This document shows, piece by piece, positions 52,413-62,006 of a stretch of 64,000 nt of DNA (within the stretch, counting starts at the first letter, position 1; the number at the start of each line of letters is the position of its first letter). Origin of the DNA: Actibacterium sp. 188UL27-1 (GTDB lineage: Bacteria > Pseudomonadota > Alphaproteobacteria > Rhodobacterales > Rhodobacteraceae); contig NZ_JAFEUL010000001.1 in NCBI RefSeq assembly GCF_016901225.1, forward strand, positions 174,773 through 238,772. The letters run 5' to 3'. The position numbers and the translations under genes were made by a program. The notes under the pieces were generated by a model, which saw only the letters and a list, made by a program, of their open reading frames with translations, did not search any database and was not told the DNA's origin.

Positions 52413-53305
52413 AGCTCGACCTCCAATCCATCATAGGCGATCTGCCATCCCTGCGCCTCGGCCATCTGACGTTCGGGCGCGTCGGGGCGCAAAACCGGAT
52501 TGGTGTTATTCATGTGGACATAGATCTTTCGCCCAACATGCACATCAGCGAAGGCTGCCATTGATCCATCCGGTCCTGACATCGACATATGACCCATGCG
52601 CGCGCCGGTTTTTTGGCTGAGGCCCGCATCCACCATCTCGTTATCTTGCCAAAGTGTGCCGTCGAAAAACACGGCGTTCGCGCCGTGCAGGCGCTGTTTA
52701 AGATCGCCTGTCAAAGCGGCACATCCAGGTATGTAGTGGGCCGATGCGTTGGCAGTTTCCAAGTGAACACCCACGGTTTGCTCACCCTCTAGCTTGGTCT
52801 CGACCGTCCCGGTTTCAAGGTACAAGGGCACCTTGCCCGGCACGGGATAGAGCGTTGCAGTCAGTCCAGGCACAAGCTCAACCGGTGTATTCAGGGCAAC
52901 GGTAACGCGATCGACAAACCGCGCATTTAACGCGTCGAACACGGAATTTGCAGCGATCACATCGTGGATTTCACGCGTCGCAAATAGCGTAAATGGCTGC
53001 TGTTCCCGAAGTGTCAGCAAGCCTGCGATGTGATCAATATCACCATTGGTGAGTAGAACTGCTTTGATCGGGCTCACGCGCAGGTCGGTCGGATGAAGCT
53101 GATGTGACTGCCGCAGCTGTTCCCGAATGTCAGGCGACGCGTTGATAACCGCCCAGCATGTATCATTGGCCGAAACTGCCATGGATGACTGCGTTTGTGC
53201 CGGTATGGCCCCGGCCCGCGCAAGATTGCAATTCTCGCAACCGCAATTCCATTGCGGCAAGCCGCCACCTGCGGCAGCCCCGAGAATATGCGCGCGAAGA
53301 CCCAT
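52409..53305 (-). CDS. pqqB: PQQ biosynthesis protein B (metallo-beta-lactamase fold)
   Basis: A 298-aa PqqB-like protein with N-terminal WNCGCENC. Confidence 0.9.
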   Translation of the reverse strand: MGLRAHILGAAAGGGLPQWNCGCENCNLARAGAIPAQTQSSMAVSANDTCWAVINASPDIREQLRQSHQLHPTDLRVSPIKAVLLTNGDIDHIAGLLTLREQQPFTLFATREIHDVIAANSVFDALNARFVDRVTVALNTPVELVPGLTATLYPVPGKVPLYLETGTVETKLEGEQTVGVHLETANASAHYIPGCAALTGDLKQRLHGANAVFFDGTLWQDNEMVDAGLSQKTGARMGHMSMSGPDGSMAAFADVHVGRKIYVHMNNTNPVLRPDAPERQMAEAQGWQIAYDGLEVEL

Positions 53306-53328
53306 TCAGTTGCTCCGCGCGCAGGTCT

Positions 53329-53430
53329 TCAGAACAGGGGATCGTTCTCGTGGTCGTCCTGATCCGGGCCATACATGTTGATTTCCATGCCGCACTCGAT
53401 CTCGCGGATGATTGGTTTCTTCCAAGCCAT
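53329..53430 (-). CDS. pqqA: Coenzyme PQQ precursor peptide
   Basis: Manual translation gives MAWKKPIIREIECGMEINMYGPDQDDHENDPLF*. The conserved Glu-X3-Tyr (E15...Y19) is present. SD GGAGGAG lies upstream. It is not in the ORF track. Confidence 0.85.
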   Translation of the reverse strand: MAWKKPIIREIECGMEINMYGPDQDDHENDPLF

Positions 53431-53555
53431 GCCTAACTCCTCCAGTTATCTTGTACCAGCCAAAGCGTAGGTCGTGGGACGGTGGCGCGTCTCTTGGACT
53501 ATGGTCGCAGGATCATCACCTGATCGTGTCCGGGTGCGATGCATGATGTTGCTGT

Positions 53556-54884
53556 CTAGGCCGCGTTTCGGACCGGTCTTGCGGCACGCAGGCAATCAGC
53601 CAACCGGTCAAAGGCCGCATTGGGCCCGCTTGGGGCCTTTTCGGCAATGAAGGCATCAAGGGCTGGCCAGACTTGGACAGCGGCATCGACGTCACCGTCG
53701 CTTCCGGCGGAATAGAGACCGGATTGGATCATCATTTCCGCGCGGTCATAGGCGCCCAGGCGACGCCGGGCCAAGGCGATCAATGCGTTTTCATGGTCAT
53801 TCGCGGCCCCGGGCAAACTGCGAGAGACCGAACGCAGAACGTCAATCGCTGGATAGCGTCCCCGTTCCGCGATCTCGCGATCCAATACAACATGACCGTC
53901 CAGAACGCCGCGCAACGTGTCAGCGATTGGCCCCTCCATGTCGGAGCCGGCGACCAGAACAGAGAAAATCGCGGTGATATCACCGTTTGTGCCGCCTTGC
54001 CCGGGTCCTGCCCGCTCGGCCAGGGACATGATCAGGTGCGCTGTTGACGGCGGGAAGCCATGCAATCCCACACCTTCGCCAGCGGCCAATGCGATTTCGC
54101 GATGCGCTTCGGCAAACCGGGTGATTGAGTCCGCCAGGAAAAAGACCTGTTTGCCTGCATCGCGAAAATGCTCCGCCACCGTCATGGCCGACCAGACGGC
54201 GCGGCGGCGGGCGATGGGCGGCTGATCCGAAGTTGCCGCCACCACCACAGTTTTTGCCATGCGTTCCGGCCCCAATGTCTTGTCGACGAATTCGCGGACT
54301 TCTCGGCCCCGTTCACCAACCAACGCAACCACGATCACATCCGCGTCGACATTCTGCGCCAGCTGACCCAGAAGCATCGATTTCCCGACACCGGACCCGG
54401 CAAAAAGGCCCATCCGCTGACCGCGGACCAAAGGCAGGATCGTATCGAAAACAGCCAATCCCGTTGCCATGCGCGGCCCTAAATGTCGCCTTTGGGTGGC
54501 CGGTGGCGGCGCGGCGCGCAAACTGCGGGACACAGGACCTTGGATCAGGCTGCCGCCATCCAATGCGGCGCCATAAGGGTCAATGACATGGCCAAGCCAA
54601 CTGTCATCAGGTGCCAATTCCGATCTGCCGATCCACGTAACCTGCTCCCCAATGCGCAGGCCGTCACAGGAGCGGTCGGGTAAGACCGTGACAGCATCGG
54701 TATTGATATCGATGATCTCCCCCATGGCACCCCCTATGGCGACTTGATCGCCGATGGCTGCCATCCGGCTCAGCCCGGTCACCCGAACCACGGTGCTCCC
54801 TGCACTGATCACGCGTCCGATCTGGTGTTCAACATTCGTATCGGCGATGCGATTGCATAAATCTTTAAATGATTGATCTTCCAA
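53556..54884 (-). CDS. fliI: Flagellum-specific ATP synthase
   Basis: Walker A motif GSGVGKS in an F1/V1-like ATPase of 442 aa. Confidence 0.92.
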   Translation of the reverse strand: MEDQSFKDLCNRIADTNVEHQIGRVISAGSTVVRVTGLSRMAAIGDQVAIGGAMGEIIDINTDAVTVLPDRSCDGLRIGEQVTWIGRSELAPDDSWLGHVIDPYGAALDGGSLIQGPVSRSLRAAPPPATQRRHLGPRMATGLAVFDTILPLVRGQRMGLFAGSGVGKSMLLGQLAQNVDADVIVVALVGERGREVREFVDKTLGPERMAKTVVVAATSDQPPIARRRAVWSAMTVAEHFRDAGKQVFFLADSITRFAEAHREIALAAGEGVGLHGFPPSTAHLIMSLAERAGPGQGGTNGDITAIFSVLVAGSDMEGPIADTLRGVLDGHVVLDREIAERGRYPAIDVLRSVSRSLPGAANDHENALIALARRRLGAYDRAEMMIQSGLYSAGSDGDVDAAVQVWPALDAFIAEKAPSGPNAAFDRLADCLRAARPVRNAA

Positions 54885-54967
54885 ATCCGCTCTCCCCGTT
54901 TCTGGCTCTTACCGTTTCTAAAGGAATCGCAATTAAGACTTGGTTGAAAGCCGGTGGAGAAGCCCCG

Positions 54968-55354
54968 ATGTTTGACAAACTAGAGATATTTCAACTTGCT
55001 GGCGGGATGGCCCGCCATGCTGGCGCTCGACAAAACGTCATTGCGCGCAATCTCGCGAATACAGACACGCCCGGCTTCAAATCCCAGGATATCTCCTCCT
55101 TTGCGCGTTCGGTTGATGGGTCCTCTGATACTGGGTTGCGCGCCTCCCGCGTCGGTCATCTTACGGATGCGAGTGCCGCGGGCGGCTGGCGCGTTTCCGA
55201 TGCGGGCGGGGGCTCCAATGCACCCAATGGCAATTCCGTCTCCCTTGAGGGTGAGATGGTGAAAGCCGCCGAAACCCAACAACAGCATACGACCGCGATC
55301 AGCATATATCGCAGCGCGATCGATATCCTTTCCACCAGTCTTGGTCGACGGTAA
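54968..55354 (+). CDS. flgB: Flagellar basal-body rod protein FlgB
   Basis: MFDKLEIFQLAGGMARHAGARQNVIARNLANTDTPGF... The ATG is internal to the track ORF. Confidence 0.85.
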   Translation: MFDKLEIFQLAGGMARHAGARQNVIARNLANTDTPGFKSQDISSFARSVDGSSDTGLRASRVGHLTDASAAGGWRVSDAGGGSNAPNGNSVSLEGEMVKAAETQQQHTTAISIYRSAIDILSTSLGRR

Positions 55355-55369
55355 GTGTGAGAACAAAGT

Positions 55370-55762
55370 ATGAACGATTTAACACAAACCCTGGCGGTGT
55401 CGGCAAGTGCCATGAAGGCTCAGTCGACCCGGCTTCGCTATATCTCCGAAAACATCGCCAATACGGACACACCGGGATTTCGGCGCAAGATGACTTCCTT
55501 TGAGCAGGTCAAAGAGGGTGGCGAGGTTTCGGGCAAGATACAGACAGGCGGCGTCAGACTGGACCGTACGGACTTGCCACAGGTGTTTGATCCGTCTCAT
55601 CCCATGGCGGACGAGACCGGATATTACGAAGGATCCAACGTCGAGATGCTGATCGAGATGTCGGACGCGCGCCAGGCGCAGCGCAGCTACGAAGCCAACA
55701 TAAAAATGTTTGATCAGGCCCGGAAGATGGCCAGCAGCCTGCTTGAGCTGCTCAGAAGATAA
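55370..55762 (+). CDS. flgC: Flagellar basal-body rod protein FlgC
   Basis: ...ISENIANTDTPGFRRK... in a 130-aa protein. Confidence 0.9.
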   Translation: MNDLTQTLAVSASAMKAQSTRLRYISENIANTDTPGFRRKMTSFEQVKEGGEVSGKIQTGGVRLDRTDLPQVFDPSHPMADETGYYEGSNVEMLIEMSDARQAQRSYEANIKMFDQARKMASSLLELLRR

Positions 55763-55773
55763 GGAGATCCAGA

Positions 55774-56064
55774 ATGGATGTACGGTCTACGATTGCGGCG
55801 CAAACCTATCAGGGTGCGCGTCCGGTTACTGAACCCACGGCAAAGCCGGAGGGGATGGGCGAAGGGCTGGCGAAGGTCACGCAGGACTTCGCCTCAATTC
55901 TCCAAAATGGGGAGCAGGTGGCCAAGGATGCAACTGTCGGCAAAGCCGACACGCATTCCCTGGTCCAAGCCCTGTCGCAGACAAAGCTGGCGGTCGAAAC
56001 CGCTGTAACGGTCAGGAACAAACTGGTCGAGGCTTATCAGGAAATCCTGCGGATGCCGGTCTGA
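55774..56064 (+). CDS. fliE: Flagellar hook-basal body complex protein FliE
   Basis: A 96-aa protein with a FliE-like C-terminus. Confidence 0.8.
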   Translation: MDVRSTIAAQTYQGARPVTEPTAKPEGMGEGLAKVTQDFASILQNGEQVAKDATVGKADTHSLVQALSQTKLAVETAVTVRNKLVEAYQEILRMPV

Positions 56065-56068
56065 CACC

Positions 56069-56335
56069 ATGAATGAAGCCGTGTTCTATGACACCTTGCG
56101 CGAAGGACTCTGGGTCGCTTTGATCATTTCTGCCCCGATCCTTGCCGTGGCGCTGGTGACTGGCGTTGTGATCGGTCTTTTTCAGGCCCTCACGTCGGTT
56201 CAGGAAATGACGTTGACCTTTGTGCCCAAGCTCGGCGCGATGCTGGCGGTATTTTGGATGACCATGGGCTTCATGACCCAAACCCTCAAGACGTTTTTCG
56301 ACAGCAGCCTGATCCCGCTGATCGCCGGAGGTTAA
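56069..56335 (+). CDS. fliQ: Flagellar biosynthesis protein FliQ
   Basis: An 88-aa two-TM export-apparatus protein. Confidence 0.88.
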   Translation: MNEAVFYDTLREGLWVALIISAPILAVALVTGVVIGLFQALTSVQEMTLTFVPKLGAMLAVFWMTMGFMTQTLKTFFDSSLIPLIAGG

Positions 56336-57051
56336 TGATGAGTACTGGATATGTGACCCTGACCCGGCAGGTTGGCCTGATGCGCGAAATGCAATCTGTG
56401 GCCAACAACCTGGCAAATATGTCTACCACGGGCTTCCGTAAAGAAGGGGTCATTTTCTCGGAAGTGATCCGCGGGGTCGATGGTCCGGCGGGCTCTGTGT
56501 CCATGGGTGCAGCGCGCGTCCGACATACTGACCTCCAGCAAGGATCCCTAACGGCAACCGGCGGTCGCTTTGATTTCGCAATCGAAGGCGACGGATTTTT
56601 CATGGTCGCAACGTCAGAGGGTGAGCGGTTGACCCGGGCGGGTGTCTTCACGCCGAACGAGGCCAGCGAATTGGTCAACCCCGATGGCCATGCCCTGCTC
56701 GACCTTGGTGGCGCACCTGTCTTTGTTCCGCCTGATGCACGCAGTGTTGCGTTATCATCCGATGGCACACTCAGTGCGGATGGTCGCCCGCTGACGCAGA
56801 TAGGCGTCTTTGTTCCCTCTGACCGCAATGATCTACAGCGCGAAAGTGGGACCCTGTTTTCTGCCAAAAATGGCGTTGAACCCGCTCCCAACGCGCGGTT
56901 GATGCAGGGATTTGTCGAGGGATCCAATGTCAACCCGCTGCTTGAGATCACCCGCATGATTGAGGTCCAGCGGAGCTATGAACTGGGCCAGTCGTTCCGC
57001 GACAAGGAAAGCGAGCGGACGTCAAAAATGATCGAAACAATTGTCGGCTAA
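56335..57051 (+). CDS. flgF: Flagellar basal-body rod protein FlgF
   Basis: MMSTGYVTLTRQVGLMREMQSVANNLANMSTTGFR... with a TAATG overlap with fliQ. Confidence 0.88.
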   Translation: MMSTGYVTLTRQVGLMREMQSVANNLANMSTTGFRKEGVIFSEVIRGVDGPAGSVSMGAARVRHTDLQQGSLTATGGRFDFAIEGDGFFMVATSEGERLTRAGVFTPNEASELVNPDGHALLDLGGAPVFVPPDARSVALSSDGTLSADGRPLTQIGVFVPSDRNDLQRESGTLFSAKNGVEPAPNARLMQGFVEGSNVNPLLEITRMIEVQRSYELGQSFRDKESERTSKMIETIVG

Positions 57052-57069
57052 TCCCGAAAGGACCCACTG

Positions 57070-57855
57070 ATGCAGGCCTTGAAAACCGCAGCCACGGGAA
57101 TGAGCGCGCAGCAGATGCGCGTCGACGTGATCTCCAATAACCTCGCGAACATGAGCACCACTGGCTACAATGCCCGTCGGGCGGAATTTGCCGACCTGCA
57201 CTATCGCCAGCTCGCAAAGCCTGGAACGGTGAATGCCTCTGACGGCAGCGTGTTGCCGACCGGCGTGCAATTGGGATTGGGGGTGCGGCCCTCCTCTGTT
57301 GCCATGGAGTTGGCCCAAGGGAGTCTGTCTCAGTCCGGTGGTGATCTGGATGTGGCGATCGAGGGGGAAGGATATCTTGAGGTGACGCTGCCCTCTGGCG
57401 ATGCAGCCTACACCCGGGATGGTGCGCTAAAGCGCACAGGCGACGGTCTGATCGTCAATTCAGACGGCCTGCAGGTGGCGCCCGGTATCACCATTCCGGA
57501 TGATACCCGCTCGATCTCCATCAATGCCAATGGAGAGATTTTTGGATATTTCGACGGGCAGATCGAGGCAGAACTGCTGGGGCAATTAACCCTTGTCGAT
57601 TTCTCCAATGGCAAAGGGCTTGAAGCCATGGGTAGCAGCATTTTCCGGGAGACTGAAGCGTCCGGTCCGCCGATCCAGGGCATTCCCGGCGAGGCCGGTC
57701 TTGGCACAATCCGGCAGGGGTATCTCGAAGACAGCTCGGTTGATGCCGTTCGCGAGATCACCGACCTGATTGAAGCCCAGCGGGGCTATGAATTGAACGC
57801 CAAGGTCATTACTGCGGCTGATCAGATGCTCAGTGCAACGGCACAGGTCCGCTGA
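57070..57855 (+). CDS. flgG: Flagellar basal-body rod protein FlgG
   Basis: MQALKTAATGMSAQQMRVDVISNNLANMSTTGY... in a 261-aa protein. Confidence 0.92.
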   Translation: MQALKTAATGMSAQQMRVDVISNNLANMSTTGYNARRAEFADLHYRQLAKPGTVNASDGSVLPTGVQLGLGVRPSSVAMELAQGSLSQSGGDLDVAIEGEGYLEVTLPSGDAAYTRDGALKRTGDGLIVNSDGLQVAPGITIPDDTRSISINANGEIFGYFDGQIEAELLGQLTLVDFSNGKGLEAMGSSIFRETEASGPPIQGIPGEAGLGTIRQGYLEDSSVDAVREITDLIEAQRGYELNAKVITAADQMLSATAQVR

Positions 57856-58313
57856 TGCTGATACGTACCTTGATCGCCCTGGCTTTCGTGATCTCGGGAT
57901 CGGCGGTTGCGGCCGAAACCCTGATCGCGGCACGCACCATCCGCCCTCTGACCTTGCTTTCCGCAGCGGATGTCACCGTCGTGAAAGACAAAGTACCGGG
58001 GGCGCTGCAGCACCCGCTTGATGTGGTGGGTATGGAGGCACGTGTTGCACTTTACGCGGGCCGTCCCATTCGCCCGGGCGATGTGGGTCCCCCGGCCCTG
58101 GTCGAACGCAACCAGATCGTCACCTTGTTATACGATCGGTCCGGATTGCGCATCGCAACCGAAGCCCGCGCGTTGGGACGTGCGGGGGAGGGGGACACGC
58201 TGCGCGTCATGAATCTCTCATCGCGCTCAACCGTTTCCGGCCGCGTAGATCACCATGGCCGGGTCATTGTCGGCCCAAGTGGCTCGCTCCTTGAAGACAT
58301 GGAAAAGAATTAA
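57855..58313 (+). CDS. flgA: Flagellar basal body P-ring formation chaperone FlgA
   Basis: Signal peptide plus a SAF-like domain. TGATG overlaps with both flgG and flgH. Confidence 0.8.
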   Translation: MLIRTLIALAFVISGSAVAAETLIAARTIRPLTLLSAADVTVVKDKVPGALQHPLDVVGMEARVALYAGRPIRPGDVGPPALVERNQIVTLLYDRSGLRIATEARALGRAGEGDTLRVMNLSSRSTVSGRVDHHGRVIVGPSGSLLEDMEKN

Positions 58314-59041
58314 TGCGTCTCATCATCCCGGTTCTGTTGCTATTGACCATCTTGCCGTCATGTGGACGCCTTGGTCACCTGGGCAAAGCTCCTGAATTCA
58401 CACCGATTGAGGCGGGTAACCAGCACCACGCCATGTCGGTCACGCCTTTGCCGGTCAGCCTTGAAGACCCACGTGACAGTGCGTCGGCTTCGTTGTGGAG
58501 CCGGGATCGTCGATCCCTGCTGGGAGATCGCAGGGCTGGTACGCGCGGTGACATCATGACCATCGTCATAGAAATCGATGAGCGGGCCGAGATATCGAAC
58601 AGCACGCAACGGTCACGCGATGGCTCCGAAAACCTGAGCCTGCCGTCTTTCTTCGGTATTCCGCAGCGGATCAACGAAAAGCTTCCGGCCGGTGCATCCC
58701 TCGATGATGCGGTGACGACAAATTCAAATAGTAGCAGCGCGGGCGCCGGATCGGTACGTCGCAATGAGAAGCTGACACTCCGTGTCGCCGCAACCGTGGT
58801 CGATGTTCTTCAAAACGGGGTGTTGCGGATCGAAGGGTCGCAAGAAGTGCGCGTGAATTTCGAGATCCGGGAATTGCTGGTAAGCGGCTATGTCCGGCCA
58901 GAGGATATCTCGCGCCAAAACGAGATCACGTATGACAAGATCGCCTCGGCCCGGATCTCCTATGGTGGTCGCGGCCAGATCAGTGATGTGCAGCAGCCGC
59001 GCTATGGCCAGCAGATCGCCGATATCATCCTGCCATTCTAA
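58313..59041 (+). CDS. flgH: Flagellar L-ring lipoprotein FlgH
   Basis: Lipobox LPSCG in a FlgH family protein of 242 aa. Confidence 0.88.
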   Translation: MRLIIPVLLLLTILPSCGRLGHLGKAPEFTPIEAGNQHHAMSVTPLPVSLEDPRDSASASLWSRDRRSLLGDRRAGTRGDIMTIVIEIDERAEISNSTQRSRDGSENLSLPSFFGIPQRINEKLPAGASLDDAVTTNSNSSSAGAGSVRRNEKLTLRVAATVVDVLQNGVLRIEGSQEVRVNFEIRELLVSGYVRPEDISRQNEITYDKIASARISYGGRGQISDVQQPRYGQQIADIILPF

Positions 59042-59053
59042 AGGATAAAACAC

Positions 59054-59551
59054 ATGGGAAAGATCCTCCCCATCCTGTTGGCTGTCATCGGTCTGGGTGC
59101 CGGTGCTGGCGCTGGCTTTGTGTTGAAGCCTGAACCAACCGAAATGTCCATGGAATGCGCCTGCTCCGACAGTGATCACACCGAAGAGCCCAAGGCAAAA
59201 GAGCCCGAGAAGGCTGCCCCGGACGATCCGCGGGACTACATCAAACTCAACAATCAATTTATCGTGCCAATCGTTAGTGAAGCCCGCGTCAATGCCCTGG
59301 TTGTGATGTCGATCAGTATCGAGGTGCTACCTGAGGAGCGCGATACCGTGTACCAGCGCGAACCAAAATTGCGCGACAGTTTTCTGCAGGTTCTATTCGA
59401 CCACGCAAATGCGGGCGGGTTCGACGGCAACTTTACGGTCGGGACCAAGATGTCTTCTCTACGTCGCGCATTGCTCGAAACCGCCCAAGCAACGCTCGGG
59501 GATCGTGTGACCGGAGTGCTGGTGACGGATATTGCGCGGCAGGATAACTGA
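59054..59551 (+). CDS. fliL: Flagellar basal body-associated protein FliL
   Basis: N-terminal TM helix and a FliL-like C-terminal domain. Confidence 0.75.
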   Translation: MGKILPILLAVIGLGAGAGAGFVLKPEPTEMSMECACSDSDHTEEPKAKEPEKAAPDDPRDYIKLNNQFIVPIVSEARVNALVVMSISIEVLPEERDTVYQREPKLRDSFLQVLFDHANAGGFDGNFTVGTKMSSLRRALLETAQATLGDRVTGVLVTDIARQDN

Positions 59552-59762
59552 CCCGCACAGTCAAGCAGCTTTGGTCTTGATCGCGGCTGCCGGGGTCTGA
59601 TCAATGTGAGTGACAGTGCTGTAATGGGCTGTCTCTTCGAACGCCGCTTTCCAATCAAACGATGCCGCGCGGCCAATTTTTGCTCTAGTTCTGCCAATCA
59701 CGAACGCCATTGTGGAATTCTATCGGATACGACTGGATGGGCAGTCGATATTGGTCCGGCAG

Positions 59763-60125
59763 CTACTCGGCTGTCTTATGGGTAAGTTCCAAGGCGACCT
59801 GGTGGCGGCCAAATGAGCGTTGGGTGGCGGTGCGTTCCCGGATCGTCGCTGCGCGGGCTCGGGCCAGTGACATGTTCAATTTCCCTCGCTGTGTTTCCGC
59901 CCATCGCAACCATTGAGCGTCCACTACTATTTGAGCTGGGCTGACCTGTTCTGTGATCTTCAGACCGGACAGCACTTTTATTCTGTCCTGTTCGAGGTTG
60001 TCTAAAGCCATTCGACAGGCGATTTCAGCTTGTGACTTCTCCCTGAGCCGCACTTGTGCCGTTTGAAAAACCGCGTCGGTAATCTGGGTCAATCGCTTGA
60101 GTTTGTTACGATCCTTGATCTTCAT
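59763..60125 (-). CDS. Flagellar-cluster coiled-coil protein (FliJ-like?), overlapping flhB stop by 4 nt
   Basis: A 120-aa charged and predicted-helical protein immediately downstream of flhB. Confidence 0.4.
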   Translation of the reverse strand: MKIKDRNKLKRLTQITDAVFQTAQVRLREKSQAEIACRMALDNLEQDRIKVLSGLKITEQVSPAQIVVDAQWLRWAETQRGKLNMSLARARAATIRERTATQRSFGRHQVALELTHKTAE

Positions 60126-61231
60126 GCCGAAGAGCCTTTCCTGGATGTGTAGGATTTTTGTGCCTGGGCCTGCATATCTTCGGCGAAACGAATGGCGACC
60201 GCGACGGGTTGATAATACTGCTCCTCGATCTCGGCGCCGATTGAGACGCTCGCATGAAGCGCGCGCGCCGTGGGCGGATCGCTATGGATGGGAATAGCAG
60301 CTTCTTGCGCAATTTCGCGGATGCGGGCTGCAATCTCGTCCGTTCCTTTGGCCACGCAAACGGGTGCCGTTCCTCGGGCGCGATCCCATTTTAAGGCGAC
60401 AGCAAAATGGGTGGGATTGACGATGATCACACTGGCCTCGGGCACATCCTGCAACATCTGATTGCTGGCGATTTCCATCCCTCTCTGGCGGCGCTGTTGC
60501 TTGAGGTGCGGATCGCCTTCCGCATCCTTTGCTTCGTCCTTGAGTTCCTTGTGCGACATCCTGTTTTTGCGCATGTGATCGCTGTATTGCCACATATAGT
60601 CGACCCCCCCGATAACGAAGGAAACGATCGCAACGACGGCCAGAAATTCAAATCCGAGGTTCAGAAAGAGCTGTGTCACAAGACCAGGGCTGTAGATCAG
60701 CGAATAGATGATCTCTTCAATTTGTGTGCTGAGAAACACACCCAGGATTGCGGAGATGACGAAGAGTTTGACGGCGCTTTTCACGAACTCGAACAGGCCG
60801 GATCGGCCAAACTTGTTCTTGGCGTTGCTGATCACGGAAATCCGCGACAGTTTGGGCTCCAGTTTGCTGGGGGCGAAGATCAGGGAACGTTGGGCAAAGA
60901 TGGACAATAAAACCAAAGTCGCCGGGACGGCGAACCAAGGCCATGTTGCGCGGCCGGTTGCGTCTAGCAGACCACCCGATAGGGCGACATTGCCATCTCG
61001 AAAAAAGATAGGGGCCAAGGTGTCTGCCTTGGCGATTATGCCGGCCCCGAAGTCCATGAACTGTTGGAGACTTGCAGCACCCAACGCACCTCCGGCGAGC
61101 AGCAGTCCGGCGTAAGCCGCAGCCGTGTTCAGATCTGTTGAGCGGGGCACCTCCCCTTTTTTGCGGGCATCTTCCAGCTTTTTGGCGCTGGGTTCATTTT
61201 GCTTGTCATCGTCATCATCTTGCTCCGCCAT
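60122..61231 (-). CDS. flhB: Flagellar biosynthesis protein FlhB
   Basis: A 369-aa protein with four TM helices and an NPTH autocleavage motif (IIVNPTHFAV). Confidence 0.93.
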   Translation of the reverse strand: MAEQDDDDDKQNEPSAKKLEDARKKGEVPRSTDLNTAAAYAGLLLAGGALGAASLQQFMDFGAGIIAKADTLAPIFFRDGNVALSGGLLDATGRATWPWFAVPATLVLLSIFAQRSLIFAPSKLEPKLSRISVISNAKNKFGRSGLFEFVKSAVKLFVISAILGVFLSTQIEEIIYSLIYSPGLVTQLFLNLGFEFLAVVAIVSFVIGGVDYMWQYSDHMRKNRMSHKELKDEAKDAEGDPHLKQQRRQRGMEIASNQMLQDVPEASVIIVNPTHFAVALKWDRARGTAPVCVAKGTDEIAARIREIAQEAAIPIHSDPPTARALHASVSIGAEIEEQYYQPVAVAIRFAEDMQAQAQKSYTSRKGSSA

Positions 61232-61232
61232 G

Positions 61233-62006
61233 TCACCCCCCGAACGGTGCGGCCAGGCGTGCGTTCAGCGCAGTCAGCCAGAATTGGAGCATCAAGGGCG
61301 CGCAGAGCATCAGAAGGCCAAGACCGGCGGCTGTTATCGCGGGCGCCCCAACCAGGACAACCATCAGTTGCGGCATCGCCTTGTTGATCGCGCCCAGGGC
61401 CAGGTTGTAGATAAAGGATGCCACGACAAAGGGGGCCGCTAACGTAAAGCCGAGTGAGAAGCTGCGGGCAACTGTGCCGGTCCCCCATTCCCCCAGTTGC
61501 GCACCGCCCATGGCGGCGCCAGGTGGGAAGATCTCATAGGTCAAGAGCACCGCTTCGATGAGCCGGAGGTGAAGGTCAGCGATGACCGCAATTGTCAGAC
61601 CAGCCACGACAAGAAGTTGCCCAATGGCAGGTTGGGCTTCGACCATCGGCGATGCACCGAATATCTGCGACAGTGAAGTGGCATTTGCGGCGATCGAACC
61701 CGCCACCTGCAGGGCAATGATCATCAGTCTGATTGACAGGCCGAAGGCCAGGCCAATGATCGCTTCGGACACCATGAGCCAGGTGACTGGCAAGCGATCC
61801 ATAACGAGGGATGTTGCCGTTTCCGTCATCGGAAGCAGGATGACGGTCATCGCAAGGGCCAGCACGAGGCGGATATTTTGGGGTATTGATCTCTCCCCAA
61901 AGACCGGCAGAACCGCAAAAGCTGCGCCGACTCTCAGAAAGATCAGCACGGCGTGCCAAAGGCCATCTTTCGCTACTGGAACGATTTGGGCCAGCGCGTC
62001 AATCAT
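61233..62006 (-). CDS. fliR: Flagellar biosynthesis protein FliR
   Basis: A 257-aa polytopic protein of the FliR family. Confidence 0.9.
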   Translation of the reverse strand: MIDALAQIVPVAKDGLWHAVLIFLRVGAAFAVLPVFGERSIPQNIRLVLALAMTVILLPMTETATSLVMDRLPVTWLMVSEAIIGLAFGLSIRLMIIALQVAGSIAANATSLSQIFGASPMVEAQPAIGQLLVVAGLTIAVIADLHLRLIEAVLLTYEIFPPGAAMGGAQLGEWGTGTVARSFSLGFTLAAPFVVASFIYNLALGAINKAMPQLMVVLVGAPAITAAGLGLLMLCAPLMLQFWLTALNARLAAPFGG

